Assembly (NCBI GenBank): GCA_041397865.1
Contig: JAWKVT010000003.1
Span: 22,794-86,793 of the forward strand
Direction of reading: 5' to 3'
DNA: 64,000 nucleotides
DNA from: Alphaproteobacteria bacterium
GTDB taxonomy: Bacteria > Pseudomonadota > Alphaproteobacteria > Micavibrionales > Micavibrionaceae
Part shown: piece by piece, positions 59,433-64,000 of the stretch
How the letters are laid out: each line of letters opens with the position of its first letter
Numbering within the stretch: the first letter of the stretch is position 1
The notes under the pieces: generated by a model
The model's database searches: none
What the model was told of the DNA's origin: nothing
What the model saw: only the letters and a program-made list of their open reading frames with translations
Translations under genes and position numbers: made by a program

Positions 59433-60155
59433 TCAGGCTGCCTGATCTATAAGCTCCTGATAAATCGAAATCCATTGCGGCGGAGTTTTCCCTCCAAACG
59501 GCCCGTCTTTTGAACGCCAATAGGCAAGAATTTGCGGAAATTGATTAAATTCCAGATCCGCTTCTTTAATAATGCGCCGGTCAAGCGGGAACAGCCGCAA
59601 GCCCTCAAGCTTCTTTTGGCGTTCCGCATAATGCTTCGGCCCCAGATAGTCTTTTAAAACCATGGCAAGAATATAAGGATCGTCGGTATGAACGCGCCTT
59701 GTGGCTTCTTCACGCCGCCCCATAATGATATCCAGAGATTTTCTGGCGGCCTCCGCCACCGGTCCTTGTGAAATGCGCGCAACGTAAATAGCGCGCGCAA
59801 GATGATGAAGCATGGCCTGATCTATTTCGGGCAGCCAGATCAGAACGCCGGATTTCATGCTGCTGACATTCTCCAGACAAAAACATTGATGGCAAAAAAT
59901 ACAGACGGTTAAAAGATTGTCTTCCGAAAAATCCGCCGGGTTGTGATTTTTATGGTGAATTTCCTGATACTTCTTGGACTGAAACCCGCAGCACTGACAC
60001 GTAAAATCGTCGCGCTCAAAAATTTTTTGCTTAAGCTCTTTCGGAATTTTGCCGCCCACAGCAGAAGAGGAGCCGGATGTTCCGGCTCCACTCTGTCTTT
60101 TTGCATCGCCCGGATCTGACCGGGAGATACCCAATATAATGGGATAATTTCCCAT
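59433..60155 (-). CDS. icmJ: IcmJ/DotN-like Cys/His-rich zinc-binding protein
   Basis: 240 aa. FTCQCCGFQSKKYQEIHHKNHNPADFSEDNLLTVCIFCHQCFC is an HNH-like Cys/His cluster. Position between icmD-like and icmB-like genes. Confidence 0.68.
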   Translation of the reverse strand: MGNYPIILGISRSDPGDAKRQSGAGTSGSSSAVGGKIPKELKQKIFERDDFTCQCCGFQSKKYQEIHHKNHNPADFSEDNLLTVCIFCHQCFCLENVSSMKSGVLIWLPEIDQAMLHHLARAIYVARISQGPVAEAARKSLDIIMGRREEATRRVHTDDPYILAMVLKDYLGPKHYAERQKKLEGLRLFPLDRRIIKEADLEFNQFPQILAYWRSKDGPFGGKTPPQWISIYQELIDQAA

Positions 60156-60158
60156 GAA

Positions 60159-60542
60159 TTAGGTAACGTTAAAGTTTGTTTTGTTCAGCTTTGCAGCGTC
60201 TGTCGTTGTACCGCCTGAACCAACTGTCTCGAACATCGCTTCGAACAGGATCGGCAACGCAAACAGCGCACCACCGGCCGCCAGTCTGATCGCACCGTCT
60301 TTCAAAGGTGTCTGCGTTGGGTTTTCAACGTGATCTTTAACTTTCATCACGCCAAGAACGCCGAGCAGGATCCCGAACATATACGACAGAGCCGTCAACA
60401 GACCCGGAAGATCCTGAATAGATGTCGTAATGTTTGCGGCGATAGTGCTGAAGTCGTTACCAGCATGTGCCTTTGACGCTTGTCCGGCAACCATACCGGC
60501 AACCATCACTGCACCCATTTTATTGTAAGTTTTCTTAAACAT
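60159..60542 (-). CDS. icmD: IcmD/DotP-like small membrane protein
   Basis: 127 aa. Signal-like N-terminus, two hydrophobic helices around MKVKDHVENPTQTPL. 4-nt gap to the icmJ-like start. Confidence 0.68.
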   Translation of the reverse strand: MFKKTYNKMGAVMVAGMVAGQASKAHAGNDFSTIAANITTSIQDLPGLLTALSYMFGILLGVLGVMKVKDHVENPTQTPLKDGAIRLAAGGALFALPILFEAMFETVGSGGTTTDAAKLNKTNFNVT

Positions 60543-60606
60543 AGTTTAGTTCTCCTCTACCAAAGGTTTGCTCACTTAAAATTTACACTCTCACGGACCA
60601 CCCGCT

Positions 60607-62403
60607 TTACGAGAATGCAATACCATAACTCCCAAGTCCCAACGTGGTTTGCACCGCATTGATTAGGGGGCCTAAGTTCACAGCCAGCGCCCCACCTACG
60701 ATGTGGGTTATACCGGCCATGACCGAAGCTTGTTGGTTGCCCTCTGCAACGCCTCGTATAATAAATATACCACGAACGAAGCTTATAAGGCCAACAATGA
60801 TCACAAATTGTAAAATTGCACTAATCGTCATATGCGCAGAAACAGCCTCGGCACAGCCCAAGCCGCCACCAACACACGGGCTGTATTGCATTTCTGCGAA
60901 AGTTGCTGTCATGGGGCTTCCGACAAATGTTGTAGAAAATGCCCGCACCAGTTCGTTATAAGAAATCAGTGCAGCGCCCATGACAAAGGTCATGGCTGTG
61001 CCAATTCCGCCGGGGCCGCGTGCGCCATCTTGTGCGCTTTTAATAAGGCGCGAGATACCGATCATCAATAAGATCATACCTGAAACAAAGGCGAAAAAGT
61101 TCAGCACGACATGCAGCGGACCCATAATATCGCCCATCGCACAAGCAAGAATTTCATCCAAACCCAAGCCGCCGCCGCCGCCGCCGCCAAGTCCAAGCCA
61201 GCCAAGGAAGCCGCCACCGCTGCAACCGCCGCCGCCAAGCAGACTGGCCAAAAACCCGCCGCCATCATTATAGCCCTTGAAGCTAATGGGAATAAGGGCA
61301 CTTCCGGACAGCAGCGGTCCGCCAATAGTATTTCTTGTTACTTCGACAATAATAGGCAAGGCGAAAAAGAAGCCGCCAGCTAGAAGGCGTGAAACCCCTT
61401 CCCATACCTGTGTTTGTTGAGGATTTAAAACGTGATCGCGGATTTTAAATATGCCCCAAAGCCCGAGGATCAGACCGATAACATAGGCGCATGCGGTCAA
61501 AAACGCGGGAAACGCGCCGGCATGAAGAAGAATGCCGCACATCAATTGTCCTAAGCTTGGTCCGCTTCCTACACCGATTATAGCGCCAACACCGCCAACA
61601 GTAGATGCAACCGGATTACACAATCCTTGCGCATAAGAAGAATAAAGGAAGTTAAAGCCGCCTAACAAAGACGTAATATTGCCGATAATGCCAAGGCCGT
61701 TACCGCCCACAGCATCAAACATGGCGTTATAGATCGTTGGCAACGCAAACAGCGCGCCGCCGACAAGCAGGCGGATAACGCCTTCCTTAATAGGGGTTCC
61801 TTGCGGTCCGTCCGGGTTCTCCACATGGTCTTTGATTTTCAAAAGCCCCTGTATCGTGATAACAAGGCCAAGAAGATAGGCCGCTGCGGAAATTGCCCCC
61901 GGCACATTTTCAATAGAATCTATTAAATTATCCAAGACAGCATTGAAGTTTAAGCTTACGACACCACCAAGCGTCCCTAAAAACCCGGAAATATCATTGG
62001 CGATTGAAGTATTGTTAAACGAAAGCGTATTATTGCCGATCGTTAAAAACACGGCTTCATAAACAATAGGCAGAGCAAACAGCGCGCCGCCGATAATCAG
62101 ACGGATAATGCCGGTTCGCAACGGAACCTGAGCTGGATTCTCAACATGTTCTTTTATTTTAAGGACGCCCAATACGCCAAGCAGCAAGCCAAGAAGATAG
62201 GCCACTGCGGAAACAAGGCCGGGAAGGCGTTCTACAGATGTGATAATGTTCTCTGTTACATCATCAGCAGAAATCGTTTGCGCAAACGCAAAATCGCCAT
62301 AAACAACGGAAAAGAATAAAGAAAACAGAAAAACCGCGCCCAGTTTTTTAAAACATGCGCTTACACGACCCGTACCATATCTTTTATTAAAAAACACCAC
62401 CAT
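60607..62403 (-). CDS. icmC: IcmC/DotV-like membrane protein with five tandem IcmD-like hairpin modules
   Basis: 598 aa. Modules at about residues 47-122, 154-232, 286-361, 416-492 and 521-590. The first three carry [LF]KI[KR][ED]HV.NP, as in the 127-aa neighbour. Gly-rich linker at residues 379-414. Confidence 0.6.
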   Translation of the reverse strand: MVVFFNKRYGTGRVSACFKKLGAVFLFSLFFSVVYGDFAFAQTISADDVTENIITSVERLPGLVSAVAYLLGLLLGVLGVLKIKEHVENPAQVPLRTGIIRLIIGGALFALPIVYEAVFLTIGNNTLSFNNTSIANDISGFLGTLGGVVSLNFNAVLDNLIDSIENVPGAISAAAYLLGLVITIQGLLKIKDHVENPDGPQGTPIKEGVIRLLVGGALFALPTIYNAMFDAVGGNGLGIIGNITSLLGGFNFLYSSYAQGLCNPVASTVGGVGAIIGVGSGPSLGQLMCGILLHAGAFPAFLTACAYVIGLILGLWGIFKIRDHVLNPQQTQVWEGVSRLLAGGFFFALPIIVEVTRNTIGGPLLSGSALIPISFKGYNDGGGFLASLLGGGGCSGGGFLGWLGLGGGGGGGLGLDEILACAMGDIMGPLHVVLNFFAFVSGMILLMIGISRLIKSAQDGARGPGGIGTAMTFVMGAALISYNELVRAFSTTFVGSPMTATFAEMQYSPCVGGGLGCAEAVSAHMTISAILQFVIIVGLISFVRGIFIIRGVAEGNQQASVMAGITHIVGGALAVNLGPLINAVQTTLGLGSYGIAFS

Positions 62404-62548
62404 ATATCTATTACATCACACTTTTCATAAACTGAGCAAATTTGAATAAAATTTTATTAAAAATGCTCAAAAACAACAACCTGCAGTTAGCATAACATAT
62501 AAAATGTAAAGAAAGTGTTACCGTAATTTATATAGATTTATCAACGGC

Positions 62549-63823
62549 TTATTGAGAAACTGAACCTTCGGAACCGCGAACCACCCAAAGACCGTTCTCT
62601 ATGGCAATAGATTCTATACGTCCCAGCCCGGCAACATGATCGCCAACCTCAACACGGCGAAAATCAAGGCTGCCTTTGGGCGCAATACTCGCTTCACCGG
62701 GCCGTGCGGAGCGCATAACCCATTCTGTTGCCTCAGATTTTTCTTCCAAAGAAGCCGGTTGTTTCTCGATTTTAGAGGCGCTGTTTTGGGTCGATGAGGC
62801 CGGGGAAATCTTGGCCCGGCCCGCTTTGGCATCCTGCGCCGCCGAAACATTGTGAGAAACGCTGGAAGCCGCACCCTTTTTCAGCGCAGCAATTTCATTT
62901 CGCAAATTGCCAATCTCGGCGTTAAGAGCCTCAATCTCACCTTGTGCCGAACTCAGATCTGCAGAAAGCTTCTTTTCTCTCTCACCGGCCTTCCTTAAAG
63001 CGGCCTCGTTGTCGCTAAGGGTGGAACGAAGTTCGGCAATAGTATTGTTCGTAGCGTCTTGCCGGGGCGTTTTTTCATCATCTTCAACAGCGGGCACCCT
63101 ATCCTCAACAGGCAGTTCGTCCTCCATCCGGATTTCTGTTTCCGCAACATCTGCCTGAAGATCTGAAAGGACATTATTTTCGGCAAGATTCTGCGGCGCT
63201 TCTGCAGTGGGAAGATCTGACGTTTCAAGAGGAAGATCCAGATCGGCCAGCATATCGTCTTCGCCATCCGCCGAAAATTCAGGCAATGGCGTTAAAACAT
63301 CATTCTCTCCCGGCTCTGCCGCATCGCCCTGTAAATCGGCTAAATCGGTGCCAAGACTTTCAATTTCATCAATGCCCATAGCTACTTGATCGTCACCTGC
63401 GCTTTCAATTGGCGCGGGCATAGGCGGAAATGTACCATCCGCATCGGCATCCGTAAGGATCGGCAAGGCGTCCTCCGGGGAGTGATCCAGCGCTGTCTGT
63501 GCAGGTTGTTGCTCATCGGGCAACGTCGCTGTAGGCCCGCCGCCAAGCTTTGAAAAAATAAACCCGCCACCGCCAAGGACTGCAACGCCTATAACGATAA
63601 GGGTAAAGTTTTTCTGCAAAAAAGTTTTCTTTTGTGGAGCTGCCGCAACATCAGCATGGGCGGCCTTTTCGTTATCATCCGCATGGGCCGTAACATCAGA
63701 GCCCCCATCATCCTCGTCGAAATCGTCCCACGTTTCGTCGTCGAAATCATCGTCCGTGTCGATGTCCTCAAAATCTATATCTTCAAAATCTTCATCTTCT
63801 ACGGCGTTTTTGTCATCTTGCAT
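62549..63823 (-). CDS. icmG: IcmG/DotF-like bitopic membrane protein
   Basis: 424 aa. Extremely acidic N-terminus, a single TM helix (FTLIVIGVAVLGGGGFIF), acidic/Pro region, coiled coil (LSSAQGEIEALNAEIGNLRNEIAAL) and a small C-terminal domain. The architecture and position match IcmG; the sequence itself I do not independently recognise. Confidence 0.5.
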   Translation of the reverse strand: MQDDKNAVEDEDFEDIDFEDIDTDDDFDDETWDDFDEDDGGSDVTAHADDNEKAAHADVAAAPQKKTFLQKNFTLIVIGVAVLGGGGFIFSKLGGGPTATLPDEQQPAQTALDHSPEDALPILTDADADGTFPPMPAPIESAGDDQVAMGIDEIESLGTDLADLQGDAAEPGENDVLTPLPEFSADGEDDMLADLDLPLETSDLPTAEAPQNLAENNVLSDLQADVAETEIRMEDELPVEDRVPAVEDDEKTPRQDATNNTIAELRSTLSDNEAALRKAGEREKKLSADLSSAQGEIEALNAEIGNLRNEIAALKKGAASSVSHNVSAAQDAKAGRAKISPASSTQNSASKIEKQPASLEEKSEATEWVMRSARPGEASIAPKGSLDFRRVEVGDHVAGLGRIESIAIENGLWVVRGSEGSVSQ

Positions 63824-63903
63824 GATTACAGTCTTCCATTTTCAAAACTCTCGTGATCTTACAAAGAGAAAATGAAACAGTCCAGAGCATAAAATTATGA
63901 TCT

Positions 63904-64000
63904 CTACGGCCCTTCTTCATTTACGACAGGCTCAAGAAATAAAACGCCGATAGGCGTACCAACGGCAATACGAACCAGAACTTCAGTATCATCTGCCATT
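63904..64000 (-). CDS. 3' end of an upstream ORF, possibly IcmE/DotG (VirB10/TrbI-like C-terminus); partial
   Basis: Open frame entering from beyond the window, ending ...ADDTEVLVRIAVGTPIGVLFLEPVVNEEGP* (stop at 63904-63906). The G..I.V.F motif resembles VirB10-family C-termini, and the position matches icmE. Confidence 0.3.
   Translation of the reverse strand, partial: MADDTEVLVRIAVGTPIGVLFLEPVVNEEGP

Noticed and set aside
1-64000. Many long antisense or out-of-frame ORFs in the supplied track, for example 205-480, 6416-6838, 6535-7059, 10305-11679, 19195-19782, 32890-33693 (267 aa), 39391-39963, 40544-40912, 46910-47347, 58075-58521 and 60644-61383.
   Set aside because: Each lies entirely within a longer ORF on the other strand or in another frame that carries clear family motifs. 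Their translations are low-complexity (Arg/Pro/Ser/His-rich), as is typical of shadow ORFs.
1-64000. A search for rRNA, tRNA, tmRNA, CRISPR arrays, transposases, integrases, phage genes, and toxin-antitoxin or restriction-modification systems.
   Set aside because: I recognised no regularly spaced direct repeats, cloverleaf-like sequences or DDE/tyrosine-recombinase motifs by eye. Absence is not proven without tRNAscan, Infernal or HMM searches.

Overview
This window looks like an alphaproteobacterial chromosome segment around the probable replication origin. All identifications come from reading the ORF translations and the DNA by eye (motifs, size, gene order); no database search was run. 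The conserved backbone has three parts. (1) his genes (hisH, hisD, hisB), greB, leuS-lptE...holA. (2) The origin-proximal block parB-parA-rsmG-mnmG-mnmE ... rho ... hemJ-hemH-hemE on the minus strand. (3) A block on the plus strand: PDRP-maf-aroE-coaE-dnaQ, then secB, fxsA, Tim44-like, mltA, ompW and an aldo/keto reductase. Eight parS-like 16-mers (core TTCACGTGAA) lie between 28.7 and 39.0 kb, most of them inside coding sequence. The hemE-upstream intergenic region (41.4-41.8 kb) is the best oriC candidate. The most notable content is at the right end (55.6-64.0 kb, minus strand): a Dot/Icm-type (type IVB) secretion gene block in the Legionella order icmG-icmC-icmD-icmJ-icmB. It includes an unusual 598-aa protein built from five tandem IcmD/IcmC-like membrane-hairpin modules, and it runs off the window. 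Several lower-GC, lineage-specific insertions interrupt otherwise conserved gene pairs: lptE/holA, mnmG/rsmG, mnmE/rho and oriC/PDRP. They encode proteins of unknown function: tandem paralogs, coiled-coil and Pro-rich proteins, and an 8xCxxC zinc-finger membrane protein. A small family of covarying intergenic hairpins with a conserved purine-rich core is also present. I recognised no rRNA, tRNA, CRISPR array, transposase or integrase.
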